Below, in pieces: positions 49,527 to 58,795 of a stretch of DNA of 64,000 bases (positions are counted from its first letter, which is position 1; each line of letters begins with the position of its first letter). The position numbers and the translations under genes were made by a program. The notes beneath the pieces were generated by a model. It did not search any database, was not told the DNA's origin, and saw only the letters and a program-made list of their open reading frames with translations. The stretch is taken from assembly GCA_963798085.1 (NCBI GenBank), contig CAWCRS010000007.1, forward strand, positions 704,001 through 768,000. The letters run 5' to 3'. The DNA comes from an uncultured Gemmatimonadales bacterium. GTDB lineage: Bacteria > Gemmatimonadota > Gemmatimonadetes > Longimicrobiales > RSA9.

Positions 49527-52500
49527 ATGGCTCGACTTCGTCTGGTTCTGGCAACGGACCCGTGGCTCCTTCTGGAAGACGCGGCGGATGCATTCCTTTC
49601 GCCTGCGCCCGCCTCGCCTGCAGTTCCCTTTCCTTCGCCACCCTTTCTGCTGGCGCTGCGTCAGGGCGGTCTGCGTGACGACCTGATCGCAATGGCGGCT
49701 GCACGCGGGGTGCGCGGCTGGTTCGATCCGCCTCTCTGTCTTTTTTCGCAGCTGCCTGAACTCCTGGGTGTGACGCGCGCCGCGTGCGGCGATTACGAGC
49801 GCCTGGTGCTGCTGGCGAGCGTGCTGCGCAGCGCTGCGCCGCGCGTGTTCTCGCGTCTGTCCCGACCGGACGCGTTCGTGGACGCGCTGGACCGTCTGTT
49901 TGGCGAGCTGGCAGGCGAGGGCGTGACGGCGGACGCGTTGCCGGGCGCACTCGCGCGCGCCGGGCGCGATGCGTTCGAGATCAACCGTGATGCCGACCTC
50001 GCCGCCGCGTACGACGCCTACCTTGCCGCGCTCGCTGCACAGGGTCTCCGTGATGATCGTGCGCGCTGGATCGACGCCGCTGCCGCGGTGCGCAACGATG
50101 CGCCGGGGCTGGCGCGACGACTCGGCCAGCGGCGCGAGCTGCGGCTCTTCGGACTGCAGGATCTGCGCGCCGGCTGGCGCACGCTGCTCGAGGCATTGCG
50201 CGCTTCGCCCGCGCTCGATGCCATCACCGTGCACACGTCCGCGCCGCTGCACACCGACGAAGCGCTGGATGCGGACGTGGTGACGGTGCTGGACGACACG
50301 TCGTCGCTTGCCCGCCGCTTGTTCACTGTTCGTGATGCACCATTTCAGGCGACGACGCCGCGTCTGGAAATCTTCTCCTCGCCGGATGCGGAGCGTGAGG
50401 CGGAGCAGGTGGCCGTGCGCGTGCGCGCGCTGCTCGATGGCGGCGCGCCGCCCGAGCGCATTGCCGTGGTGGCGCGCAGCGCGCGGCCCTGGGTGGACCT
50501 GGTGCTGGACGCGCTGGCCCACTGCGGTGTGTCTGCCACGGCCAGGCGAAGGCACAGCTTCGCCAGCATTCCGGTGGTGCGCTCGGTGCTCTCGCTGTTT
50601 GCCGTGGCCAGAGACGGCTGGCCTCGGCATGGCCTGGTCGAGCTGGCCGAGCAGCCCTACCTCGGCATCGATCTCGACGCGACCGTGCTCAACTACATCG
50701 GCTACCGGCGCCGCGTCGAAGGGCTGGATGACTGGATGGCCGCGCACGAGCGGCTGCTCGCGGAGGTGGAAGCGCGGGAGCGCAAGCATGCAGACGACGA
50801 TGCGGAGCCGGATCGCCGTCGCATGTCACTGCCTCCCGGGTGGCGCGTGCGCCGCGCGGTGGAAGCGTTCCGCCGCTTCGCCGGTTTCGCGCGGCCACTC
50901 GATTCGGCGCGGCCGCTGCACGCGTGGCTGGACTGGCTGCTCGCATTGCTCGGTGCCGATACGCGCGTGGAAGACGATGCGTCGTTGCCCGCGCAGGCGT
51001 GGGATGTGGCGCGCCACGTGTACGACGCGCCCGATGGTTGCGAGGATGTGGTGCGTCTGGACGCTGCCGGATTGCGTGGCGCACAGAGCGTCATTGCCGA
51101 GTGGCGTCGCGCGCTGGAGCGCTGGCGTGACGTGGCCCCACTGAGCGTCGCCGGGTTCGCGGGGCGGCTGCAGTCGATGCTCTCCGGTGATGCGGCGCTG
51201 TGGACGCGGGCGCGGCGCAGCGTGCAGGTGCTGGAGGGACTGGCCGCGGCGCACCGCGCCTTCGATCACGTCTTCCTTGTGGGCATGGCGGGCGGTCGCT
51301 TCCCGCTGCCCATGCCGCGCTCACCGATTCTCGGCGAGATCGAGCGAGCGCGGCTGGCGTCGGTCCTGCCGCTGGACACGAGCGAGCGGTGGGACACGCG
51401 CGAGCGCGAGCTGTTCCGTGTGCTCGTCGCGGGTGCGCGCGCCTCGCTGACCGTGAGCTGGCCACGCCTGGACGAGCGCGGCGGCGAGACCGTGCCATCC
51501 GCATTCCTGGAAGAGCTGCTCGATGTGGCCGGCGCCCTGCCGCTCGATCTTCCCACGCACGAGGTGCGCACGATGGGCGTGCCGCTGATCGCGGACGCGG
51601 CCGCGGTGCCGCTGGCGCTGCACGCGGCGACCATCGAGGGCGAGCGCGCGACCGGGCGGCTCTCGCCCTGGAACGGCCTGATCACAAACACGGCATTACG
51701 GGCGGCGCTGGGCGAGCGGCTGGGACCGGAATACGTGTGGAGTCCCACGCAGCTGGAGAGCTACGCGAAATGTCCGTGGGCCTGGTTTTCCGCCCGCCTG
51801 CTGCACCTGGAGAAGCTGTCGGATCCCGATGTCGACATCGATCCACGCGCCCGCGGCAGCCTTCTGCACGACGCGCTGCGGCGCTTCTTCGACAGCGCCC
51901 GCGAACGCTTCGGCCGGCCGGTGTTCCTGCTGCCCGGGGACCTCGATGCCTGGGCGCGCACACTGCTGCACGAATCGCTGGAAACGGCGCTCGCCGCTGT
52001 GGCCGATGAGGTGTGGCTCGGCCAGCCCGCGCTGCGCCTGACCAAGCGCGCCGAGCTGCGGCGCATGCTCGACCGCTTCCTCGAAGGTGAAGCCGAGTAC
52101 AACGAAAAGCTGCTCGATCGCCCGCACTGGACGTACACGCGCACGTTGCGCATGGCCGCGGCGGCGCACGAGCTGGCCTTCGATGAACTGCGCATCCGGG
52201 CAGGCGGCGAGATGCTCCGTCTGCGCGGCACCATCGATCGCGTGGATGTCAGCTGCGACGACCGGGTCGCGGCGGCCGACTGCGTGGCAGCGATCGACTA
52301 CAAGACGACGAAGTGGTCCACGCCCGGGTCAGGCGAGGGCCTGGCGTGGAGCGACGGTGTCGTGCTCCAGGTGCCACTCTATGCGGAAGCGCTGCTGCAG
52401 CTGCGTCCCGGCTCGCGCGTGGCGAGGGTCGCCTATCGCGCGATCCGCTCGCGCGACCTCGTGCACAAGCTCGATCTGCTCGAAGTCAAAGGCAGCAGGG

Positions 52501-52694
52501 GGCACCTCGAGCTGACGCGGAACACGGAGGGCGAGCAGAAGCTGGAGCGCGCGCTGGACGCGGTGGCGCAGCACGTACGGGCCGCGCGTGCCGGTGAGTT
52601 CCCCGCTGATCCGGCGCCCTCGTGCAAGTGTCCGACGTTCTGTCATGCGTGGGAGATCTGTCGCGTGCGCGGTGGGCCGCAGGCGAAATGGTGA
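49527..52694 (+). CDS. AddB/RexB/AdnA-like subunit: helicase-like body without Walker A + PD-(D/E)XK nuclease with 4-Cys staple
   Basis: REAEQVA, ERIAVV, FDHVFLVGM..GRFP, SPTQLESYAKCP, HELAF, LRGTIDRVD, IDYKT, LQVPLY, C-terminal CPTFCHAWEIC. Confidence 0.85.
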   Translation: MARLRLVLATDPWLLLEDAADAFLSPAPASPAVPFPSPPFLLALRQGGLRDDLIAMAAARGVRGWFDPPLCLFSQLPELLGVTRAACGDYERLVLLASVLRSAAPRVFSRLSRPDAFVDALDRLFGELAGEGVTADALPGALARAGRDAFEINRDADLAAAYDAYLAALAAQGLRDDRARWIDAAAAVRNDAPGLARRLGQRRELRLFGLQDLRAGWRTLLEALRASPALDAITVHTSAPLHTDEALDADVVTVLDDTSSLARRLFTVRDAPFQATTPRLEIFSSPDAEREAEQVAVRVRALLDGGAPPERIAVVARSARPWVDLVLDALAHCGVSATARRRHSFASIPVVRSVLSLFAVARDGWPRHGLVELAEQPYLGIDLDATVLNYIGYRRRVEGLDDWMAAHERLLAEVEARERKHADDDAEPDRRRMSLPPGWRVRRAVEAFRRFAGFARPLDSARPLHAWLDWLLALLGADTRVEDDASLPAQAWDVARHVYDAPDGCEDVVRLDAAGLRGAQSVIAEWRRALERWRDVAPLSVAGFAGRLQSMLSGDAALWTRARRSVQVLEGLAAAHRAFDHVFLVGMAGGRFPLPMPRSPILGEIERARLASVLPLDTSERWDTRERELFRVLVAGARASLTVSWPRLDERGGETVPSAFLEELLDVAGALPLDLPTHEVRTMGVPLIADAAAVPLALHAATIEGERATGRLSPWNGLITNTALRAALGERLGPEYVWSPTQLESYAKCPWAWFSARLLHLEKLSDPDVDIDPRARGSLLHDALRRFFDSARERFGRPVFLLPGDLDAWARTLLHESLETALAAVADEVWLGQPALRLTKRAELRRMLDRFLEGEAEYNEKLLDRPHWTYTRTLRMAAAAHELAFDELRIRAGGEMLRLRGTIDRVDVSCDDRVAAADCVAAIDYKTTKWSTPGSGEGLAWSDGVVLQVPLYAEALLQLRPGSRVARVAYRAIRSRDLVHKLDLLEVKGSRGHLELTRNTEGEQKLERALDAVAQHVRAARAGEFPADPAPSCKCPTFCHAWEICRVRGGPQAKW

Positions 52695-55600
52695 GCGGAA
52701 CGTCCGCGCGCACCGGTGCGGCTGGCGGGTTCCGGCCGCCCACGCCATCGCAATGGGAGGCGATCGCGGCGACCGACGACCACCTGCTGGTCGTCGCCGG
52801 CGCGGGCACTGGCAAGACGCACACGGTCGTCGGTCGCGTGCTCTATCTGCTGGGCGTACCGATCAACGAGCAGACGTACGCGCGGCCTGTCGGCCTGCCG
52901 CAGATCGCGGCCATCACCTACACGAAGGAAGCGGCACGCGACCTGAAGCAGCAGCTGCGCGACGATCTGCGCGCCGCGGGCCGGCGCGAGCTGGCCTGGC
53001 AGGTGGACCTCGCCCGTATCGGCACCATCCATTCGTTCTGCGCCGAGCTGCTGCGCGAGCATGCGCTGCGCGCGGGCGTGGCGCCGGCTGACACCGTACT
53101 GGAAGAGGGCGAAGCACTGGAGCTGGCCACACAAGCAGCGCGCGACGCGCTGGTCGCTGCGCTCGGGCAGGGCGGCATTGCCGGACTGGACGCACTGCTG
53201 GGCGACCGGCGTACCAGTGATATCGACCGCTGGGTGGTCGACCTGATGCGGAAGCGCGATCTGCTGCGCGCGCTGCACGACCGCTGGCGCGACGCCGACG
53301 TCGGCAGTGAAGCCGACGCGCCCACCACCGAGGAGCGCGCGCTGATTCTGCTGGCGAGCGCCGCAGCCGAGCGCTACGACCGCGTGCTGGCCGACAGCGG
53401 CCGCATCGACTACGACCACATGATCCACTGGACCCGCGACCTGCTGCACCGCGACGCGCACGTGCGGGCCGCTCTGCGGCAGCGGCTGCACACGCTGATC
53501 GTGGACGAATTCCAGGACGTGGACCCGATGCAGAAGGAGATCGCCTACGCCATCGGCGCCGTGGGCGAGGCCCGCGCGGACACGCCTCGCCTGATGCTCG
53601 TCGGCGATCCCAAACAGAGCATTTACAGATTCCGCGGCGCGGACGTCAGCTCGTGGAACAGCGTGCAGCGCGATTTCGAGGAGCAGGGCCTGGGCCGGGT
53701 GCTGCCGCTGCGCGAGAATTTCCGCAGCCTGCCACCCATTCTTGCCATGGTGGAAGCGTCGGTAGGCGCCGCCCTCGATCAGCCGATCGATGGCCAGGCA
53801 CTGCGTGACTACGAGGTGCCATTCCTGCCGGTTGCTGCACAGCGTGCGTCAGCGGAAGCGACCGCGGTCGAGTTCCTGCTGGTCCCGGCCAATGCGGCCG
53901 GCAAGAGCCGCCGGGCGGACGACGTACGCGTGGTCGAAGCCCAAGCGATCGCGGAGCGCATGCGGCAGCTGCACGCGGATCGCGTTCGTTTTTCCGACAT
54001 GGCGCTGCTCTTCGCCACGTGGACATCGGTGCAGATCTATCAGGATGCGCTGCGGCGCGTGGGCATTCCCTTCTACACGCTGCGTCGCGACGGCTTCCTC
54101 GACACCCGCGAAGTCCACGATCTGGTGCTGGCCCTGGAAGTCGTGCGCGACCCGACCGACGAGCGCGCGTTGTTCGGCTTCCTGCGCAGCCCGTTCATCG
54201 GTGTCAGCGACGAGACACTGCTGCGCGTGGCCGATCGCAAGCGCCGGCCTTCGTGGCGACACCTGTGCGACGTTGATGCCGACGCCGCCGGCGAGAGCGG
54301 CGCGATGGAAAGCGCGGAAATGGAGCGGCTTGCCTTCGCGCAGCAGCTGCTGGACCGCTACACGCGGTTGCGCGACCGGCTGTCCAGCGCGGAACTGCTC
54401 GACGCGCTGCTGCGCGAGACGGGCTTCCTTGCGCATCTCCAGCTGCGAGGCGAGGCGGGCAGTCAGGCGCTGGCCAACGTGCGGCAATTCATCGGACTGG
54501 CGAGGGCCACGCCCGACGTGAGTGTGGGCGATTTCATCCGCATCCTGCGCGAGCAGCGGGAGCGCGGCGATCGCGTGCCGGAAGCCATACTGTACGCCCG
54601 CGACGACGAGGTCGTCACAATCACGTCGATCCACGTGGCGAAGGGTCTGGAATGGCCGGTCGTGTTCTGGGCGGATCTGTCGCGCGGGCCAGTCACATTC
54701 TCCAGCAAACTCGTGGTTGGTCGCAGCGAAATACGACTGGGCGAGCCCGACATCGACGCGGATGACCAGCCGGATCCGCGCTGGGGCGCGCTGCGCATGA
54801 GCGTGATCGACGAGGAGTACGCAGAACACAAACGCCTGGCTTACGTGGCGGCTACGCGGGCGCGCGACCGCCTCATCCTGTGTGGCATACCGATGGGAGG
54901 CACCGGTAGCGGCAGGGACAAGCCGCCGAGCGACAGACGGCGCGAACCGATCGCGAAGCTGTTCCTGTCGCGTTTCCCGCAGCTGGCGAACGCGCGGTCC
55001 GGTGACCTGGTGGAATTCGCGGGCCGCGATACGGAAGGCGAAGCGCGTGCCCGGAGGCACGCGGCCCTCGTGCACGTGGCGACGCCATCCGAGCCGGCGC
55101 CGGCGTACCGGCCACCCAACCGCCTGTTTGGCCAGACCACGGAGGAAGCGCCGCAGCCCTGGCCCACGCTCGATCCGGCAGCCATCGAATTGCCGCTCGA
55201 ACCCGTCGCGGCCGCTGCGGGTCCGCCCCGCCATTCGGCCACCGAGTTCCTCACCTACACGCGCTGCCCTCGGCGGCACTGGTTCAAGTACGTGGTCGGC
55301 ATTCGTGAGCCGCCGCTGGCCGCTGCCGAGCGAGATGCGCTGATCTCGGCCGTGCAGCGCGGGCAGATCGTGCACGATGTGCTGGAGCGTTTGCGCGAGG
55401 AGGCGGACCTCGACAGCCTGCTCGAGGATGCCATCGGCCGCTGGGACGAGAACGCGCCAGCGCCCGAGTCGGACCGCGGGTCCGCGTATCGGGCGCACCT
55501 GCGGGACGAAGTCAGCCGGGTGGTCGAGCACCCTGACTACATTGAGTTAGCCAGCCGCCCGGGGGCGCGCCACGAGCTGCCCTTTCTGTACGTCGCCGCG

Positions 55601-56446
55601 GATGGCGTGGCGGGGCAGGGCAGCATCGACCTGGCGGTCCCGGACACGGACGCCGCCGGGGCGCCGGGCATGACGCTCCTCGATGTGAAGACCACGCAAT
55701 GCGACGCGGCGGGCGCGCGCCTGAAGGCAGAGCAGTACGCGCCGCAGCGCGACGTGTACGTGACTGCCGCGACGGCAATCGCGGGTCTGCCCGTGCACCG
55801 CTTTGCGTTCCAGTTCACGCGCGCCGCCGTGCAGCTCACGCAGGACATCGACGCGTCGGGCCGCGCCGCCGCCGCAGGGCGCTTCGCGGAAAGCGCGCGT
55901 CAGATTGCAGAAGAGCACGCGCCCTTGACGCGCTTTCCGCAGGAATGCCGCTTCTGCGGTTATCGCAAAGTGCGCCTGTGTCCCGGCGCGCGCTTCGATC
56001 CACCCGGCCTGGATGATCTGTTCGCACGCCTGGCGCGCGATCGCTTCCGTTCCGGCTTCAGCCTGCAGGCCAGGGAGCGCGCGTATCTGCAGACGCATGG
56101 CATCGACAGCGTGCTGGAGCAGGCGAGGCGTTTCGTGCAGCAGCGGCTGGCGCCCGCGTCGCCGGCGCGCGATGGCCGGCAGACGCCCTGGCGAGGGCAC
56201 CCCGTGTTCGTGGCGCAGCACGGAACCGCGACCTGCTGCCGCTCGTGCGTGGAGCGCTGGCACGGGATCAGTCGCGGCGTGGCGCTCACCACGGAACAGC
56301 AGGAGTACGTGCTGCGCGTCATCGAACGCTGGCTGCGCGCGCAGGCGGAGACATCGGCGGGGACTGCCGACGACTCCGCCACGGCAGGCGATGATGCCAC
56401 GCGCGGCAGACGAGCACGCGACGGCTCACAGCTCGAGCTGCTCTAG
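52688..56446 (+). CDS. AddA/AdnB-like UvrD helicase + PD-(D/E)XK nuclease fused to a C-terminal DUF4186-like domain
   Basis: AGAGTGKT, TIHSFC, DEFQD, VGDPKQSIYRFRGAD, NFRS, IHVAKGLE, YVAATRARD; nuclease RCP..ELPF..IDL..DVKT..CRFC; from 56009 LFARLARDRFRS...DGRQTPWRGHPVFVAQHGTATCCRSCVERWHG. Confidence 0.9.
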   Translation: MVSGTSARTGAAGGFRPPTPSQWEAIAATDDHLLVVAGAGTGKTHTVVGRVLYLLGVPINEQTYARPVGLPQIAAITYTKEAARDLKQQLRDDLRAAGRRELAWQVDLARIGTIHSFCAELLREHALRAGVAPADTVLEEGEALELATQAARDALVAALGQGGIAGLDALLGDRRTSDIDRWVVDLMRKRDLLRALHDRWRDADVGSEADAPTTEERALILLASAAAERYDRVLADSGRIDYDHMIHWTRDLLHRDAHVRAALRQRLHTLIVDEFQDVDPMQKEIAYAIGAVGEARADTPRLMLVGDPKQSIYRFRGADVSSWNSVQRDFEEQGLGRVLPLRENFRSLPPILAMVEASVGAALDQPIDGQALRDYEVPFLPVAAQRASAEATAVEFLLVPANAAGKSRRADDVRVVEAQAIAERMRQLHADRVRFSDMALLFATWTSVQIYQDALRRVGIPFYTLRRDGFLDTREVHDLVLALEVVRDPTDERALFGFLRSPFIGVSDETLLRVADRKRRPSWRHLCDVDADAAGESGAMESAEMERLAFAQQLLDRYTRLRDRLSSAELLDALLRETGFLAHLQLRGEAGSQALANVRQFIGLARATPDVSVGDFIRILREQRERGDRVPEAILYARDDEVVTITSIHVAKGLEWPVVFWADLSRGPVTFSSKLVVGRSEIRLGEPDIDADDQPDPRWGALRMSVIDEEYAEHKRLAYVAATRARDRLILCGIPMGGTGSGRDKPPSDRRREPIAKLFLSRFPQLANARSGDLVEFAGRDTEGEARARRHAALVHVATPSEPAPAYRPPNRLFGQTTEEAPQPWPTLDPAAIELPLEPVAAAAGPPRHSATEFLTYTRCPRRHWFKYVVGIREPPLAAAERDALISAVQRGQIVHDVLERLREEADLDSLLEDAIGRWDENAPAPESDRGSAYRAHLRDEVSRVVEHPDYIELASRPGARHELPFLYVAADGVAGQGSIDLAVPDTDAAGAPGMTLLDVKTTQCDAAGARLKAEQYAPQRDVYVTAATAIAGLPVHRFAFQFTRAAVQLTQDIDASGRAAAAGRFAESARQIAEEHAPLTRFPQECRFCGYRKVRLCPGARFDPPGLDDLFARLARDRFRSGFSLQARERAYLQTHGIDSVLEQARRFVQQRLAPASPARDGRQTPWRGHPVFVAQHGTATCCRSCVERWHGISRGVALTTEQQEYVLRVIERWLRAQAETSAGTADDSATAGDDATRGRRARDGSQLELL

Positions 56447-56459
56447 TCCGGAGGCAGAC

Positions 56460-57572
56460 ATGGCAATCACGAAACTGCAGCGCTGGCTCGATCTGGTCGC
56501 ATTTCTCGTGAGCCGGCGCATGCCCGCCACATTCGAGGAGATCATTGAGCACGTGCCGGCGTACAGCGGCGCAGGCTCCGGCGACATGCGCGCCGGCGAG
56601 TCGGTGCGGCGCATGTTCGAGCGTGATAAGGACGAGTTGCGCGCAATGGGCATACCGCTGCAGACAGTGCCGTTCAGCATCGGCTTCGGCAGTGAGGCGA
56701 TCGAAGGCTACGCCATCGACAATCGCGACTTCTACCTGCCGTGGCTGCGTCTGGTCGAGCAGCTCTCGCCCGGAGGTCAGTACGCGGATCGCAACCGTAC
56801 AGGCGAGGTCGAGATCACACCGGCGGAGGCGCCGCTCGTCCTGGAAGCGCTGCGCCGCGTGTCGCAGCTGCCGGCGTCACCGCTGGCCAGAGAGGCGAGG
56901 TCGGCGTTCCGCAAGCTGGCTTTCGATCTCGATCCGGATGCGTTCGCCGCCGACTCGCCGGTGCTGTTCGTCGAGCGACCGGAAGCAGAGGAGCTGGTCG
57001 AACGCCTGCGCATGCTTTCCGATGCGCTGCTCACGCGCAAGCGTGTGGCCTTCACCTATCACGGCATTTACAGAGGCGAAGACACCGATCGCAGCGTGCA
57101 GCCGTACGGCCTGCTGTTCCAGGAAGGCCACTGGTACCTGGTGGCGCACGACGCCGAGCGCGAGGCGGTGCGCGTGTTCCGCGTCGGCCGCATGGACGCA
57201 CTGCGCGTGAATCCGCGCGCTCCACACACGCCCGACTACGAGATACCGGCCGGGTTCAAGCTGGATCCATGGGTGGGCCGCAAGGCATGGGAGCTGGGCG
57301 ATCTCGAGGAGAAGCCGATCGAAGCCGATGTGCGCTTCCGCTTCCCGCGCTCGCTCTGGGCGGAGCGCAACGGACACGGCGCGCTGGTACGCGAGCTGGA
57401 GGGCGGCGACACGGTGCGACGATTCCGTGTCTATCAGGTAGGCGCGTTCCTGCGCTGGCTGCTGGGACTCGGTGGTGAAGCCGATGTGCTCGAGCCGGCC
57501 GAACTGGCGCAGCAGTTCCGCGAGCTGGCTGCGGATGTGGCCCGCATTCACGGTGGAGGCGATGATGCCTGA
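56460..57572 (+). CDS. WYL domain regulator, PafB-like (wHTH-WYL-WCX)
   Basis: RRMFERDKDELRAMGIP (PafB signature), RSVQPYGL..GHWYLVAHD..RVFRVGRM, WCX-like tail; GGAGG RBS. Confidence 0.9.
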   Translation: MAITKLQRWLDLVAFLVSRRMPATFEEIIEHVPAYSGAGSGDMRAGESVRRMFERDKDELRAMGIPLQTVPFSIGFGSEAIEGYAIDNRDFYLPWLRLVEQLSPGGQYADRNRTGEVEITPAEAPLVLEALRRVSQLPASPLAREARSAFRKLAFDLDPDAFAADSPVLFVERPEAEELVERLRMLSDALLTRKRVAFTYHGIYRGEDTDRSVQPYGLLFQEGHWYLVAHDAEREAVRVFRVGRMDALRVNPRAPHTPDYEIPAGFKLDPWVGRKAWELGDLEEKPIEADVRFRFPRSLWAERNGHGALVRELEGGDTVRRFRVYQVGAFLRWLLGLGGEADVLEPAELAQQFRELAADVARIHGGGDDA

Positions 57573-58728
57573 GCCGGCACAGGTTCGCCTCGAACGCCTG
57601 CTGTATCTGCTGCCCGCCGCGGCGCGCGACGGCGGCGCCCGCCTCGATGAGCTGGCGCGCGCGCTGGACGCATCCCCAGCCGATCTGCTGCGCGACATCC
57701 AGGAAGCCACGGCCCGCGCTTTCTACTTGCCGCCCGGCCAGGCCGATTCCATCCAGATCACCATCGAAAAGGATCGCGTGCAGGTCTTTGCCGGGCGCCA
57801 GTTCCAGCGGCCTGTCCGGCTCTCGCAGCGGGAAGCGCTCGCGCTCGGCCTCGGCCTGCGCATCATGGCCGCCGAGCGCGAAGACGCGGCCGGTCGCAAC
57901 ACACTGTTGGCGCTGGCCTCGCGCATGGAGCAGTCGCTGGCCGTGCCCATGGTGCGCGAGGCGCCACGCGCCATGCCCGGCGCCCCCGTCCCGGCCGAAG
58001 AAGCCGCGCCGTACGGCGCAGCCGAAGATCTGGCACCGCCGCCGTCTTTGCAGGCGCCGCGCTTTCCATTTTTCGCCCGTCCCTCGCCGCCGGCCCGCGA
58101 GCGCCAGTCCGCAGCGGCAGGTGGCATCGGCACGCCGCCGCCCATTGTGCTGCACATCGAGCAGGAGCGCGGTCCGGTCAAGGTGGAGCTGGGTGAGGAC
58201 GCGTTCCGCGGCATCATGGCCGACGGCGTGCGCGAGCACCGCCGGGTAACACTGAGTTATCTGAGGCCCGGCGCCCGTGCGCCGGAACCGCGTACGGTCG
58301 AACCGCTGCGCCTGGTCTACGCCAACGGTCGCTGGTACCTTGCGGCGCAACCGGTACCGGGAGACGAGCCGCGCATCTACCGCCTCGACCGCGTGCTCGG
58401 CGCGCGTCTCGAGGCCGAACATTTCGAGCCCGGCCCGATCGACATCAGCAGCTTCATTGATGAGGCCGGCCGCGCGTACAGCGCGCGCGACGCGGTGGTC
58501 GCACAGGTTCGCTACTCGCCTCGCGTCGCCCGCTGGGTCAGCGAGCGCACGCGCCAGGCGGCCTCGCCCGACGGCAGCATCACCGTCGAGCACAGCGTGG
58601 CTGACCCGGACTGGCTGGCGCGCCACGTGCTGCAGTACGGCGCCGACGCCGAAGTTGTCGGGCCGCCGTCACTCCGCGAACACGTCGCATCCATTGCACG
58701 GTCACTCGCATCTCACCGCGGAGATTGA
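57565..58728 (+). CDS. WYL domain regulator, PafC-like (wHTH-WYL-WCX)
   Basis: RLERLLYLLP, RPVRLSQREALAL, RTVEPLRL..GRWYL..RIYRLDRV, WLARHVLQYGADAEVVGPPSLR; overlaps the pafB-like stop. Confidence 0.88.
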   Translation: MPEPAQVRLERLLYLLPAAARDGGARLDELARALDASPADLLRDIQEATARAFYLPPGQADSIQITIEKDRVQVFAGRQFQRPVRLSQREALALGLGLRIMAAEREDAAGRNTLLALASRMEQSLAVPMVREAPRAMPGAPVPAEEAAPYGAAEDLAPPPSLQAPRFPFFARPSPPARERQSAAAGGIGTPPPIVLHIEQERGPVKVELGEDAFRGIMADGVREHRRVTLSYLRPGARAPEPRTVEPLRLVYANGRWYLAAQPVPGDEPRIYRLDRVLGARLEAEHFEPGPIDISSFIDEAGRAYSARDAVVAQVRYSPRVARWVSERTRQAASPDGSITVEHSVADPDWLARHVLQYGADAEVVGPPSLREHVASIARSLASHRGD

Positions 58729-58795
58729 GAAGGGCTCGGAGAACGGAGTTCTTGTTTTGTTGCTTACCGCGGAGAACGGGGAGTTGAAATGCGAA

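Noticed and set aside
56013..56459. N-terminal extension of the 519-aa WYL ORF
   Set aside because: Overlaps the DUF4186-like coding frame; GGAGG RBS and the PafB-like start point to ATG 56460.
58716..58785. Short ACCGCGGAGA / CGGAGAACGG repeats at the island boundary as att site or tRNA end
   Set aside because: No tRNA fold, integrase or matching second att in the window; too short to assign.
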